A DNA stretch of 64,000 nucleotides from Camelus ferus (GCF_009834535.1 NC_045696.1:67210001-67274000); one strand, 5' to 3'; counted from the stretch's first letter, positions 24,241-39,055 are shown. Notes: generated by a model from the sequence alone, not told the origin. Translations and numbers: made by a program.

Positions 24241-27200
24241 TAAAATCCACACTCCATGGAAATGTGGATCACCTGTGGCCAAAAATGCAAAGCAGATTCA
24301 CCTTAGAGAGTCTCTCTCCTCAGATGTGATGGAACCAGACCTGACAGAGGATGATTGGAAATCCTTCCTTCTAAACCAGGCTCCAAACTCACCAGTCCCT
24401 CAAGCTTAACATAAATGGCAATCTAGAAATGCAGTTTTTCCTGTGCTCTCCAGGCACTGTGATCTTCTGCCTACCAGCTCTTTAGTCATTGCCTGTAACT
24501 GATCTCCACGAGCAGATGGTGAGCTCCATGAGGAAAGGAACCATGCCCTCCTTCATCCTCTTGGACGCCCACAGAATGCCGAACCCTGTGCTTGGCACCA
24601 TGAGCTCAGTCACAGAGGATGTCACGGAAAATGTCTGCACTGCAGGAGACGGACAGAATGAGGGAAAACTTTTTTCTGCCTAAAGCTACCCTGCAGGGTA
24701 TGAGATATATGAGAGCCTCTCTCATGAGCAGAAGGGAGGCAACAGAGGAATGTTTATCCGAAAACCAAAGGGCAATAGTCATCAGTGACAGGCACCTGAA
24801 AGCAGTGGAACAAGACCAGACAGGGGAGCCTAGGGTCATAAAAACAATGCCGCTAACTTCTCGTCTTGTCAGTCACCGTAACTGAAGGACAATCTGTGTC
24901 TTAGTGATGAAATATACACTGAGTTTGTAAAATGTTGAACGCAAAACAAGACACCTAATTGGACAAAACAATTGATATAAGTAAGTGTTAGACTAATCTT
25001 CTAAGGCAACTTTGACCCATTTTCACTCCCTCTCGGTGAGAATATAAACACCTGAGGTTCTGCAAGGTGCACAGAGCCCTACCCAGAGAGAGAAGGCAGG
25101 AGAGCTAGAGCAGAGGGACAGCTCCCCTGCAAATGGTGAAGGCCAGAGAGCCAGTGTGGAGAAACGAAAGCAGTTCTGTTTCAAGAGTGACATTCAGATT
25201 CATTAGAAGATGGTTTAAGAAAAGTGGACCATTTAGGATGCTAAGGAATAAAAACTAAAAAAAAATTGTATCAGCTTGCTGAAGGTGGTTAGGTAAGAGA
25301 CACAGACACAGAACAATAACATCCATCACACACACAAAAAAAGCCGTTTCTTTCTCTGTATTTCAGCAAGGAAACAAAACAGAAAATGTGTGTGTTAAAG
25401 AATGTAATTATATATGAACATAAGTGCCTAATATTAGAAAGTAAAGATACATGTATACTTATGTGTGACCTGACACAACTCCTGTTAAAGCAATGAGCAA
25501 CACTGGCCAGAATAAATAGTAAATGTTCTGAGACAATTAAGACACTGGCTTGATATGCACGTTTCCTTGGTTCTGTGAATGTGTGTCTCAAGGCTGGTTT
25601 ACTGGGGAGACATAAGGTTTGGTTTTGATCAGTCTTTCTGTAAATGTATGACTTTATTCAGAGCAATCAGGACAGGAGTAGGAGTACAGACCAGAGAAAG
25701 AGCAACCGAAATAGCCATTATGAAGTATGCTCAGTCATGTCATCTTCATATATGAAGTGTTCAAGTATGTTGTAACAATCCTCTCAACTCCTTTATCTGT
25801 GAAAATGTGCATGTGGGCACCTGCCCTGCTTACTTCCTGAGATCTTTTGTGATGATCAAATGAAAATGTTGTGAAAGTACTTCGTAAATGATGGAGAGCC
25901 TTGATCGTGCATCTTCTGAAGAGCCATTAGTGTATTATCACAGGAGGAGGAGGCAATAAAATAGTATTTGAGCAGGGGCTGTTGGCAATCCCTAAAAGAT
26001 GCCAGACGGAAAGTGGCACAGCCCAAAGCTTTCAGAGGTGGTCGATTCTCTACTGACAAAGTCAGAACTACTGGGAAGGTATGAGGGTGATAGCCAGGAG
26101 AGGCAAGGTGTTTCAACCAGGGATGTGCCTACCTTCCAGCAGGCCGTCACCCCACCCAGCCCAGGGGCCAGACGGAAACCATAGCCCACAGGGCCAGAAT
26201 CGATGCGGCCCGAGTTACTGCTACACACATCTCCTGGGTCGATTCCTGCTCTCGAGTATCCCTTCAGGCTATAAAAGCAGTGCAAAAAAAATCTATGGGT
26301 TGTATATGTCCTATTTGTGATGGAGAAATTCAACTGAGTGGATAAGTTTCACCACTCCTTAGCGCTTCTCTTTTGAGATAAGTGTCATCAAAAGTAGGTT
26401 AGCTCACAGTATTAACTGTTTGGCAGTATCTCTGCATCTAAGAACTTCAACTGTGACACAGCACGGTGTTTAAAGAGATCACTGAAATGTTTGACACGTC
26501 TCCAAAATATATTCCCTGTTATCTGTGAGGGGAGTTCTGTCTTCCCTTCTTAATGAGCTGGGGCCACTCAGCAACATCAGGTACAATTCCTCATTGATAT
26601 CACTGGTGACTTCTTCTCCTGCACCCCACCTCCAACAGGCCACACCAGGCTTCAAATGCCATTAATATTCGACGGTGAAACTCGGTAATTCTCTATGAAA
26701 GCCCAGCCAGTGAATAAACGTGTTAGAAAATGCTACGGAGAGTAGAGCTAAAACCAGCTCTCCTGCTGGGAGTGACTGAATGTAGAAACTTTAATTTTGG
26801 AGTGACCTTCGGCCTCTTAGTTCACTATCACATCCAGTAGGCATCGCTAAGATGGTTACTTTTGTTCTCTAGTAATGTAACCTATCTATGGATTTAGGTC
26901 TCGTGACAAAGAAAGTGGGATTAATTAGTACATCATTAGAAGCTGTGTTGGTATATTTTAACATATGAAATAGAGATTATTTAAAACAAGTGATATATCG
27001 AGTTGTCTTTTTAATTCCTCATCTTTCAGTGGCAAATCCAAGTGCATTCCTTATGCCAATATCCTTTTTAAAACAGCAATACTCTTTTATTTATAATCTG
27101 TTTATAATAGCTAAGCTACCTAAACATAGTTTAGATAGGCTATTATGTGGTTGGTATAACTAACTGTGTACAAATACAATGGAAAGACATCCATGGCATG

Positions 27201-28699
27201 TTTTCTTAAGTTATAAAATAGGACATAGCATGATCTTAGTCTTTTCTAAAAATACAATATGGTTATGTATAACTAATACATATGTATTACAGGAATATCC
27301 ACAAAAATGTTAACATCGGTTTTCTCTGTATAATTTGGATTACAGATTTTTTTTTTTTACTTAATTTTATTTTCTAATTTTCTACATTGAAAATGTTATA
27401 AAGAGGATATAATTTTTAAAAAGTGTTAGCTGTAGTAAAAACATATGAAAGCTTAAAGGTTTTTGAGGCACTCACATTTTCATCAGAAATTTCCCATTCT
27501 CCAGTACAAGTTAAAAATAAGTTGTTTCATACAGTAAGTACACCAAAATTTGGCCCTGAGAAAGTCTTCAAAAAGTAAAGTCAGAAGAAGACTAAAATTC
27601 ACACCCAAATAAAGACTTCCCGGTACACAGATAGTTGCATCATTGGGCAATAACTTTAATCTGCCCACTAATATGCAAAAGCTGCATTCAGGAAATAAAA
27701 TCAAAGAAGCTTTGAGAGATGGAGAAAGATAATGTCTCTTGGGTAACTTTTATCACAAGGAGTTATGAAACTGCCATGTAGGCTGAGAAGTTACAAACTC
27801 GTTATATAAATTATGCAATGGGAAAAGGTAGGAGAAAATATTTATCTTAGAGAAATAAATCCAGTGCGCCTCCAATGAACAGATCCTCTGAGAACAAAGC
27901 CCTTAGTTACAGATGGACTGGGCAGAATAATTTGGCAGAAGTTCTAGTTTATTCCAGCAAAAGGTCACAGAAGTACTGTGGAGTTGGAGAGGGAAGGGGC
28001 GTCAATGACCCTGTTTTAAAGAGTGATTGGGGGGAGGGGTCGTCGCGGAGCTGGGGAGGGGAGCCATTCCCCACCATCCTGACCTTGACCTAGGCCAGCC
28101 TCAGAAACAGTGGTCTGAAACCAACTAGAGCAAAACACTTTTCCTCTTTCCTCATACGACATGCCAAGAGTTAGAAGTCATAATGTAGCCCATCTTTCTT
28201 CGAGGAAAGGTCAAGAGAAAATGCCTGGCCAAAGGAACTCGTATCCCCAAACTTAACCCTGCATTTCTTTCACTCTTCCATGACTCTTCTGACATCTGTG
28301 ATTTTCCTTAAAATATATTCTCTCTCTTAGTAGAGATGCTACCTATACTGAACAAGGTTTTGTCTTTCTTTTCTTTTCATGCTTTGATTCTCTTCAGCTT
28401 TTGCAAAACGTCAGTTCTTGTTTGTTTTTGCTTGTTCAGCTCCAGTCCTTTTTGGGAGCTCAGCCAATCTGTAGGCGTGGCCAAACCACACAATTTAGCT
28501 TCCTCCATTGGAACGTGAAAGATGCCTTTACTTTTGATTTAAACGCGACTTTGTGGGTGATGTGTCAAGATCACTCACCTACAACTCAAAGGCACAATAC
28601 ATTTGGAGAATTAATTAAGCCAATCTTTCCACAAGATAATGGACAAAGGACAGTAAAGACATAAAGTGTAATCAATTCCTGTATCAGGAAATAGCCTGG

Positions 28700-28920
28700 C
28701 ATAGTACAGAAACCTTTGGAGTTAGACAGACCGGGGCTGCAACCCAGACTCCACAATTTACCAGCTGACTGAGATTGAGAAGCAATTTAAAAATCTTGAG
28801 CTTCAGTTTTCTCAAACTTGAAGTGGAGCCAATATTTACCTTGCAGGACAGTATAAGAATTAGAGGAACTAATGGATCTAAAGGCCCAGCAAAGTACTTA
28901 AAATATAGTGGGGTTGCAAA
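28700..28920 (+). mobile_element. MIR SINE
   Basis: ctttggagttagacagacc...gagcttcagttttctcaaacttgaagtgga core. Many similar MIRs occur elsewhere, for example near 1040, 11270, 31510, 35370, 40500, 48850 and 54180. Confidence 0.75.
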
Positions 28921-29632
28921 ACGGTTTTAAAGTTTTTTAGTTTTAAAAGAAGGCTAGAAGAAGTTTAATAATCAACTGAATCTATGTTAGAGCAACTTGA
29001 ACAATTGGGAGAAGACTGTGTGATAACTAGTGATGGTGGGAAATGCCTTAAAGTAATAGGAGGCAGGAAATCCGGGTGCAGATGCGAGTCGTTTCTTCTC
29101 TTGGGGCACTGCTTTTTTTGCACACGTACTAGGAGGGTATTGAACTAGCGGGCTCTCAAGTTTCCTTCCGGCTCAGCTAGTCTAGGACTCCGCAAGGACC
29201 TGGTGTGGAGCCTCCATTCTCAATCAAGGCGGAGAGCTAAAAGGTCATCTACAAGGCAGGTCAAATACCCAAAATTATAAGGTTGGAATAGATCTAATTT
29301 TACCACCTTTATTCCATTACACACCAAAACTTTCTAGTCCTTGGTTATACGTTTATAGAAAATTGCATCTTTAAGAGCACTCTGGATAAGAAATCAATGA
29401 GAACAAGAGAACAAGTGCCTGGCCTGTTTTTGTTTTTGAATTCAACAGGCAAGGACACTGGATGGTGGGTACTTGTTTGTTGTTGGTGGTAGGTACTTCT
29501 TGTTTGGTTCCATTAGCTCTTTCTCCTAACCAGTGAGAGTGGCACTTCAAAGAGGACTGACCTTCCTAGGCTGGGGCTTCATCCAGCTAGACCTGGTCCA
29601 TTCACAGTGAAATCCTCCCTCCCACCCAACCC

Positions 29633-29671
29633 GCCACAGCCCTGTGAGCCACAGCCCTGTGAGTCACAGCC
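29633..29671. repeat. 15-bp tandem repeat (2.6 copies)
   Basis: gccacagccctgtga gccacagccctgtga gtcacagcc. Confidence 0.9.
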
Positions 29672-30637
29672 TCTTCTCCGGTCTCTGAAGTTACCCAGTC
29701 ATAGCTTCCTGAATCCCATCTCACTGTGAAAGCTTCCGCTTAGAGTTCATCTCATCTAGAACAAAGGATTTTATCTTTGTCAGTTGACTACACGAAAACA
29801 ATTCACAGAAGAATCAAAACTAGATCTTCTTGCATGGAGTTCAGAGCCTAGAAGAGGAGATACTGATTTAAGCATCAATTCTAAATTAGAAGTTCTTATT
29901 GCATCACCCTATGTGTACACATCCATAGTGGAATATTATGCAACCCTTAGAATCATATTTTAAGACAATTGAATGATAGATAAAAATTCACAGAATAACG
30001 CTAAGTGATAAAGTAGGATCTAAGCTATACATACCCTATGGTTTTATTTTCAAAACCAAAACTATATATAAATAAGCAAAAGAAAAGTATTAGAAATTAA
30101 TATATTGAAGTGTTAAAAGAGTTTATCTTTAACAGGGGGAGGTTGTAAAAAATGTCCTATAATAATTGTGTAAACAAATATTAATTGACACAAAAAGACA
30201 TGTCATTATGAAGCAGATTACAGAGTATTACATGTCAAATCACCCACACATGCATTGGAAGCACATGCACCAAAATGTTATAAACGATTATCCCTGCATG
30301 ACCACCTTGCAGATAATTTACACTTCTATTTACATCTTTCTAAGTTTCCCCATTATTTTTTGCTTTAAACATACATTGTACTTATGATTGAGGGGAAAAT
30401 GTTTCAAGGAAACATACTAAGTGAATACAAGTCAGAGTTCTTGGGCTATGGGTACAAAAGGATTGACGGAACGAGAATAAGAATCTAAGACCCCCAGAAA
30501 GTGGTGGGTCAAGAGGCAATCGTACAGAAAGTCTCATCAAAGGTAATGTGACATAAGGGGCTTGGAAGGGCTCCATCCTAGTCAGAGATTACTATTCCTG
30601 TGGGCCATGGAAATGTACTTGTTTCTAAAGTCCATGT

Positions 30638-30793
30638 GGGTTGGGGGGTACCTCAAGTGGTAGAGCGCATGCTTAGCGTGCATCCGGTCCTGGATTCAAT
30701 CTCCAGTACCTCCATTTAAAGAAAATAATTAAATAAATAAATCTAATTACATCCACCCCAAAAAAACGTAAAAAAAATAAGAAATAACAATAA
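30638..30793 (+). mobile_element. tRNA-derived SINE (Vic-1-like, camelid)
   Basis: gggggtacctcaagtggtagagcgcatgcttagcgtgcatccggtcctggattcaatctccagtacctcca with Pol III A/B boxes and an A-rich tail. Degenerate TSD taaagtccatgt / tgaagcccatct. Confidence 0.85.
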
Positions 30794-32089
30794 TGAAGCC
30801 CATCTAATAGCACAGCCCTACCTCCTTAAAGACGCATTCCCTCGCCACCGAAGCTGCCTTGCGACAGAAGGACCTTCTCAATAAGGCGAAGCGCGTGATG
30901 CGTCATCATGTGAGTGTCCTTCCCCTCCAGGGCACTGCAAGCGCCTCTTGGTCAGAAACCACCCTCTGTGCTGCTTCGTACCCCACCCCACTGCCAACAC
31001 CAAGTGTCTGAACAGAACAGACGCTTAGTAAGTGTCTCTGATGCACACCCCGTGGGCTATGGCAGAAGGACGGGATGGAGGGGCAAGGGGGCCTGGAGTG
31101 TTCACCTAGAGCTTCCAGCTGCTGGATACAGGCCTTGATGACAATGGTCCGGAGAGATTTTGGTGACTTGACAATGAGGAAAACAGGGTCATAACACAAG
31201 CAAAGGACTACTGCGTTGATAAGAGTCCATTTATCTCTAGAGATTGGTGTTAATGATTATTTCAACACATTAAACTTTTTTTTATTACATTGTAGGCCAC
31301 TCATAAAAGTAAAAGAAGGAAAAGAAATCTTTCCTTAAATCTAGATAAAATGAGAGTAAAGTGTTATAATGGATATCCTTTCAGGCTTCTACATTTCTCT
31401 GTAGATGTCATTTTTTCTACTTCAAAAACTGAGTTATGCTGTAAGTATTGCTCCAAAAGTTGCCCTTTAACCTAGCAGATTGAAGAGGATGCTGAAATTG
31501 ACGATAGTAGCAATGTTTATTTTGCACTTACTGTGGCCCCAACACTGGGCTTTAACTGCACTGGCTCATTTCACACTCACCATAGCCCTATGGTCCAGGT
31601 GTTACAATTAACCTCATTTTATAGATTAATACGCTGAAACTCAGAAAAGTTGAGGAATTTGTTCAAAGTTGCACAGTCAGCGATAAGAGTTTAAGTTGAT
31701 CAAAGATCTCTTGGACCTCAAGCCCCTGTTTTCCAGCACAGTGCTACACTCCTCAGTTCACAAATAATTTCCTGCAACAATGTGTTAGTGGATGAAGACG
31801 GTTCCAATACGGTTCCGTTATACGATCACCCATATTTAGTTAGCTCATCCCTTATCATTACTTGTTCATGTTCTTTTTTTCCTTTGTTTCTATAATAACA
31901 ATACACTGAAGACCCTTGTAGGTAAATTTTTCATAATCCTTTATTTTTTTCTGTAGTATAAATTCCTGGAAAGGGAAATGCTGGGTTAAAGATTAAAGGT
32001 TCTTTGTACATATGTCTAAATTACCCCTCCCAGAAATGTTGTAGCAATTTAAGTCTCAGCAGAATACAAAGCCCATTTCAGGAATCCTA

Positions 32090-32422
32090 AAAAAAAAACT
32101 TTCAGTCATAAAATGAGTAAGTCCTGGAGATGTCATGTACAGTATGATGACATGATGACTATAGTTACACCACACTGTATGCACAGTATATACATATTTG
32201 CATATTTGTATTGTATATTTGAAAGTTGCTAAGAAAGCAGCTCTTAAAACATCTCATCACAAGAAAAAAAATGGTAACTGTGTGGTGATGGATGGTAACT
32301 GGACTTATTGTGGTGATCAATTCCCAATATATACAAATATCAAGTCATTACACTATGCACCTGAAATAATGTTAGATGCCAATTTTACCTCAATACTTTA
32401 AAAATTACAAAAATAAAAAAAA
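32090..32422 (+). mobile_element. L1MA9-like 3'UTR fragment
   Basis: ttgtatatttgaaagttgctaagaaagcag...tctcatcacaagaaaaaaaatggtaactgtgtggtgatggatgg... followed by a polyA tail. Confidence 0.85.
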
Positions 32423-32477
32423 GAACATTAAACCCATTTTTCTGCAGGTCTGGAGAGGGTTTTATAATTTAAAATAC

Positions 32478-32484
<7 letters not shown>

Positions 32485-32528
<44 letters not shown>
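32485..32528. repeat. (TA)22 microsatellite
   Basis: Read directly. Confidence 0.97.
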
Positions 32529-32531
<3 letters not shown>

Positions 32532-33379
32532 AAATTAACAGTTTAAAGTAGTCAATATTTGTTTTAATTTGCAATTTTTTTTTTTAGTTGTGAGATTAAA
32601 AGCTTAGGAAGTGTGTATGTTTGGACATTTTTATTAGTTTCATCTTTTTTGTCTGATTCATCCACAAGAATTCCTCACTTATTAAATCATGAACAATCAA
32701 ACAACTTTTTATGGCATCAATAGCTGTTACTGATTATGGTTGTGGGGGCACTAGTGAGGGTTCCAGGGATGAGTAACGATGGTGTGAAACTTCAAAATGG
32801 ACACATCAGTTATGCAGGTTTACATCTCCCTGACTATTGAGCAAAATGAACCACGTCAGTGGCTTCCAAATTGTAGATTTGATCGTCCTGATTTCTTAAT
32901 TCTATATATAAGAACATCTTAACTGGGATACTCCACTTTTTTTCTTATATGACTTAGATTAACCTCCATAGTGAAACTCTGGGGCATGGTACAGACTGAT
33001 TAACTCACACACATTTGGGCGGGACCTTCTCTGTGCCAATCATTGTGCCAAGGGAAAAGAGAGAGAGGTATAGAGTAGAGGAAAATCTACAAATGTAATT
33101 TCTTTCTGTTTTTGAGGAGTACGCTGTGAAAGAATTAGATTTGCAAGTAGATAATTACCAGACGGCTGGATGAAGCCTAGATAGTAATCTGCACAAAGTG
33201 CAATGGAAACATTGCAAAGGGGCTGCAGAGTCACACTGAGCTGTCCGGACACATATGGATCGAAGGGGCTCTTGCACAAAGAAAAGCAGACACCAAGGGC
33301 CCAGTACGACCTGCTACTGAAAGGATGAGGTTTATATTTTACTCCAGGAGTTTCCTTTTGGTGCTGTGAATGATGGGAG

Positions 33380-34181
33380 CAGTCAGAATGGCCATTGTTA
33401 GAGTCCACAAATGATAAATGCTGGAGAGGCTGTGGAGAAAAAGGAACCCTCCTACACTTTGGTGGGAATGTAGTTTGGTGCAGCCTTTATAGAAAATAGT
33501 ATGGAGATTCCTCAAAAAGCTAAAAATAGACTTATCATATGATCCAGCAATCCCACTCCTGGGCATATATCCAGAAGGAACCTTAATTCAAAAAGACACC
33601 TGCACCCCAATGCTCACAGCAGCACTATTTACAATAGCCAAGACGTGGAAACAACCTAAATGTCCATCAACAGATGACTGGATAAAGAAGATGTGTTATA
33701 TGTATACAGTGGAATACTATACAGCCATAAAAGTGAATAAAATAATGTCATTTGCAGCAACATGGATGGACCTGGAGATTGTCATTCTAAGTGAAGTAAG
33801 CCAGAAAGAGAAAGAAAAATACCATATAATGTCACTCATATGTGGAATCTAAAAAAAGAAGAAAGAAGACACTAATGAACTCATCTACAAAACAGAAACA
33901 GACTCACAGACACAGTAAATAATCTTATGGTTACTGGGAGGAAAGAGGGTGGGAAGGGATAAATTGGAAGTTCGAGATTTGCAAATATTAATGACTATAT
34001 ATAAAATACATTTAAAAATTATTCTGTATAGCACAGGGAACTATATTCAGTATCTTGTAGTAATCTATAATGAAAAAGAATATGAAAAGGAATATAAATA
34101 TGTGCATGGATGACTGAAGCATTATGCTGTACACCAGAAACTGACACATTGTAATCTGACTATACTTCAATTTAAAAAAAA
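33380..34181 (+). mobile_element. 5'-truncated L1 (degenerate ORF2 C-terminus, 3'UTR and polyA)
   Basis: ORF 33610-33852 AALFTIAKTWKQPKCPSTDDWIKKM...ILSEVSQKEK is the L1 ORF2 end. Upstream of it are frameshifts and a TAG. Perfect TSD AATGATGGGAG at 33369-33379 and 34182-34192. Confidence 0.95.
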
Positions 34182-34303
34182 AATGATGGGAGAGCACAGA
34201 TGCCACCAGACAGGAGGCTGGGGAGTCATGGGGAGACAAATGGTGTGTACAGCTTTCTATTCTGGACCTTGATGTCAAGTTGAAATTATAATGGAATAAT
34301 CAT

Positions 34304-34733
34304 AGTTGAGGTACACAAAAATGGAGCCGGGTGGCCCCTGAGGACCTAGTCTCAGACACATTCTGCATCACTGAGAATCTGACTTTCTTTACCCCAGGAC
34401 ACCACCAGCCATATTCAAACAGCATCTGCCAGCAGCCACCTTACAGTCTCAAGGTCCCCTCTTGTAGCTATGCAACCATTTTAGACCCCAACCGATCTTG
34501 CCTAACAAGCATTCTCACTTCTTGCTGGCTGCTTATGATTGTTGACAAACAACTTATGTAACCAACAGTGGCCTTGTGGCTTCTGCCTTTTTAAGCTTCC
34601 TGCATTTTGTTGTCCAGCAGAGCACAGTTCAAGTGTCTGCGAATCTGCATCAACTAGGCTGTGGTCCTAACAACCCCCAAATAAACTTCTCTTTATTTCA
34701 ATCAGGTCTCCGTTTCTGAAATCTTGGTTAACA
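34304..34733 (+). mobile_element. ERV1-type solo LTR
   Basis: aaaatggag motif near the start, AATAAA at 34680, terminus ggttaaca. Possible 4-bp TSD tcat/acat. Confidence 0.6.
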
Positions 34734-35559
34734 ACATGCATTGTCCTGGGCTGGATGAAATAATAGGTGTTTCAATGTATCCCTGTGTATAGAGTAGCTA
34801 TATTAGCACTATCCCGACTGGGGGTCAGGCAGGTTTGACCCTAAAAGGTGTGGTTGGGGCTCTGCGTAAACAGAGCTTTAACAATGTGTGATTCTCGAGT
34901 GACAGAAAGCAGACAGCATTAAGGACGTATCACGCATGTCAGTAAGTAGATGCAAATTCACAACTAAAAGAGAGGCCAATGCAACAGTAAGTCCAAGGTT
35001 ACAGGCGTAAGAACATGCGTTCCCATCCTCCAGCGTCAGATGGCTCACCCTGAAGCCCTGTGTGGACCATATTTGAAGGACTCTTTCCGAACAGTGTCAA
35101 GTTTTCACGGATGCAGATGTTGAGTTCTAGCTCCCTCCCTGGGCCCCAGACATCCTGCTTCTGGTTCAACAGCACCTGCAGCTCGGGAGACATACCTGAG
35201 AAGCACAAATTCCTGGGATTTGTGAAAGGTCCCTAAACAGCAACAAAGCAAAAGTTTCCAGAGCTTCATGGAGAGTTCCAAAGCTGTAAATGATCCCCAA
35301 ATTATCTGTATGAGGGGGTGGCCGTGAAGAGAATTTGTCTTTTTGAACCCAGGTTGAGTCCTACTTGTTATTAATTTTCTGTGGGATTTGGGGCAGGTGA
35401 CTTCAACCCCCTGAGCTTTATTTTCTTTCCCTGAGAAAATATAAGACAACCACCTTTATCAGGACTGCTTACGGCAGTGGAAGAGATAAAATCAAATGCT
35501 TTTATCTCTGTGTTTCAATCAAGCCACAGTCTCTACCGAAGTGTATTTCTATCATCTTT

Positions 35560-37220
35560 CTCTCATCCTAAGGGGAAAAGAAGCCTCTGTCTTTCCCTTC
35601 TAGCTTGTGCGCAATTTCTCTGGATCCTATTACAAATGAGCTCCTTGAAAGCAAAGCCTGTATTCACCACTTCCCCTTCTCCCTTCCTCTCTTGAACCCA
35701 ACCCAGCCATGCTGTGCTGCCACATGCTCCGTGCTCGGACATCATCTCCTCCATCTCTCGGCAGCATCTGTGCCATCCGACCCCCCTCCTCCTTGGAAGC
35801 CTCCTTCTCTGGGATCCCAGCACACAGCACTCTCTCCTAGTGTTCACCTACCATTTCAGCTGCTCCTCCTTTATCTCCTTTCTTGGTTCCCATGGAACCA
35901 GAGGGGAGAGAGGGTGGGAGGAGTGGTCTGCTCCAGGGTGCAGAGGACAAAGGGGTGGGTTTGTTGTCTACAGAAAATGTAAATGAAAATGTTTTTCATT
36001 ATTACCATGTGCTGGGGATCCTAAACAATGTCAGTGATAAAATTCCCTTTGCTAGTATGGGACTACCCCCACCATGCCCTTTCCCCTTTAGTGCACTATT
36101 GGCCAGATTCTCCCCACTTCCCTAACCCAAAATGTTACAGCACCCCAAAGGTCACCCCTAAACCTCCTCCCTCGTCTGTCTGTATGAACTCCCTTGAAGA
36201 GCTCATTCAGTTCCTTTGCTGTAAATATCATGTATGTATCGATCACTCCCGCTTTTATCTTCAGCTCAGATACATCCTCACTGAATCCAAGATTCATATG
36301 TTCAGTCACTACTCGACATCTCCAATGGCCTCCTGTCTAAAAGTAAGTTCCTGATGTACCTTCAAAAACCTGTTCCTCTCATGGTTTTCATCTCAGATAA
36401 AGGCCTCTCCTTTCTACCATTTGCTCAGCAAAAATCTTGGAGTCTTACTTGCCTCCTTCCTGTCTCATGACTCCCCATTCAGTCAATCAAACCTAAGATC
36501 GACAAACTTGTCATCACCTCCACTACTACATGTGTGCCCAAGCTTCCACAGCAATCATCTGGGTTATAGCAATAACTCTCTAATGAATCTCCCTGTTCTG
36601 CCTGCCTTCTACCCACCCCACCTTCATCTATTCTCAACACACAGAGAGATTCCTTTGAAATGGAAGTCACACCATGTCATTCCTCTGTCCAAAATTTGCA
36701 AATGGCTCCCATTTCACTTGGAGTGAATGTCACAGGTTGTCTCGTGTCTCGCAGGACCCTGAATGTCACTGTGGCATCCCACTCCACCATCATCTTTCTA
36801 ATTTGATTTCCAAAGGTTTTTTTTCTCTCAGTTTAATCTATGCCTTTTTCTCAAAGGTGCCAAGAAGACATGATTCTGCCTCAGGACCTTTGCACTTGCT
36901 GTGCTAGTTGCCTGGAATGCTGTTTCACCAGTTATTTACATGCTTTGCTCTCTCATATTGTAAACATCTTTACTCAAATAACAACTTATTTCTCCCTAAG
37001 CACCCTCTCCCAAATCTCAACTCCCCAAAACTTCCTATCCCCTGCTCTGTCCTTTTTCCTCTGTACCTCATACATTATATATTTTAATGGTTGATTTTAT
37101 TTATTTTTCCATCTGTCCCATTAGAAATATAAGCTACCTGAGGGCACAGACTTTCTTTTTCTTCACTGCTGCAAGCCCTAGAACACAGATTCAGTAAGTA
37201 GATTTTAATGAATGAAACTT
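35560..37220 (+). mobile_element. L2 LINE remnant
   Basis: ttgctcagcaaaaatcttggagtc..., cctcaggacctttgcacttgctgtgc..., taagctacctgagggcacagacttt..., ending in aatgaatgaa. Confidence 0.8.
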
Positions 37221-39055
37221 GATGTTTCTATTGAACAGATGTTCAATAAACAGTTTCAAATGAATGAATCTTATTCAAATACTTCCTTTTACTCTGAGCC
37301 ATAACACCCACCTAGTTCCCTTGAAGCAGAGACCAAGGAGAGATAATTCTGAACCAATCTCATACAACCATGTGTATGAAAATGAGAAAAGTTTGGTTAC
37401 CCAATATATCTGTGTAAATCTTGTTCTGATGACTGGTAGAGCCCTTCACAAGACGAGAACCTTCCCTGTAGCTCATTAGGATGCTGTAAACCACAACGAA
37501 GTGTTCACATATTTGTGAAGTTCTCCAGAAGTGTTTATTATGGAAGAGTCCAGGCCTGGGGCATCCATGAACCTCCTATAACTATTCATTACCAGATGAC
37601 AGCTTCCCAGACCAAATGACAAAGCTTATCAACTAAAAATAAGCCTCCACCACACCCTACAAGTTAAGAACTTATGCAATATCACTTTTCTAAATTTGAG
37701 ATAACCCAGCAGAATAGACTTACTAAAAAAAAGAAGATTTGGCTATATTTTTTCATAAAATATCCTTTATAGGTTGCTCAATGTATTTTTAAAATATTTT
37801 CATCCATCTTTCTAATTTCACTGTATATTACCACCTGGCCTCCCTTGCCAAGTATCTGATACTGTCCACTGTGTTCAGAAGTGCTCAGTTCTGTGGGGTT
37901 TTTTTTTTTTTTTCTGTTAATTCTCCTGAAAAACTTAAGGCTGAGCTCAGTGGTATCCACACAGGTGTTCTGACACTGCCAAACTATGGACGTGGATAGT
38001 CATGAACTTGAACTACATGTCTAGCCGATAGTTGTCCTGCTCTTCAGATCCACCGTGTTATGCCTGATCTGAAGCCCTCAGCCTGCCACTCAGTGCCCAG
38101 GATCTGGTGCAGACCCAAACAGCCAGCCTCATTCCTCCGTCAGTCCCACTAGCCCAGTAAATGTTATCTCTCAAGTACTTTTCAGACAGTACTGACTTAT
38201 GAGTTTGTTTAAATTTGTTTTTTGCTGGAAACTCTTCTCACCTCTCTCTGTCCAAAGCCCAGGTCAAATGTCACTTCCTCCTTGCAACCTCCCCTCTAAT
38301 GGCAACCTGACTATTGTCATGAGTCCCTTCTTGTTCAGTAAAACAACAACATTGCTTTCTTCCTCTTGCAGCATGTCTCATATTTCTCTTGGACTGCACT
38401 TATGTGTGTACACCATTTCAATACCAGTGAAGCCCCTGTGGGGAAGGGTCATTTCCCTTCATCCCTGAGTCCCCATGCTTAGGGTGATGTCCACCATAAG
38501 TGATCAAGAGGTGATGATGTCATCAGTGGGTGCATTATAGCAAACACACTGTTGGGCTAGATTCCAAGATTTCAGCAGTTTGTTTTGTTCTCTTTGGGAA
38601 TGTAGGCACCGTGCTGTTACCCATGTGCTTGCATACATCATAATACCTTTTCTTATCTTTATGTCATTGATCTATTGAGTAGAGAGTATTATTCAGCATT
38701 TGTCAATTTTCCTTCTTTTTCTCTTGAACCTGGAGATGATGTTGGAGTTGTGTCATCTTGTTTAACACTTCTGTTTTCAAGTCACTGAGCCTTGATATCT
38801 GGCTTAATATCCTGCACAGGTACCAGGGCCAAAGGCATATTCTGTTGAAGTCATCATTTTTCCTACCTCTTAAATAATGAGGTTAGGGCCAAAGAATTAA
38901 TTTCATTTCCTCCCTGGTGTCATTGATCTGTGGTCTGGCCTTTCATTATGTGGAACCAACTAGGTTTCCCTTGAAAGAGAATGATTTGAATCCATCAGAG
39001 ATTGGAAGAGAGAAGTATCGACAAACCCAAATACCCGTTCACCTCCGTCAGGTCC

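Noticed and set aside
26265..26280. Plus-strand TATAAAAG box after a CpG-containing stretch
   Set aside because: Isolated motif expected by chance in 64 kb, with no supporting exon.
27274..27289. 16-bp perfect palindrome TAATACATATGTATTA
   Set aside because: AT-rich, low-complexity sequence inside an old L1 remnant.
33610..33852. ORF2-like ORF as a functional gene
   Set aside because: C-terminal fragment of a truncated L1 with upstream frameshifts and a stop.
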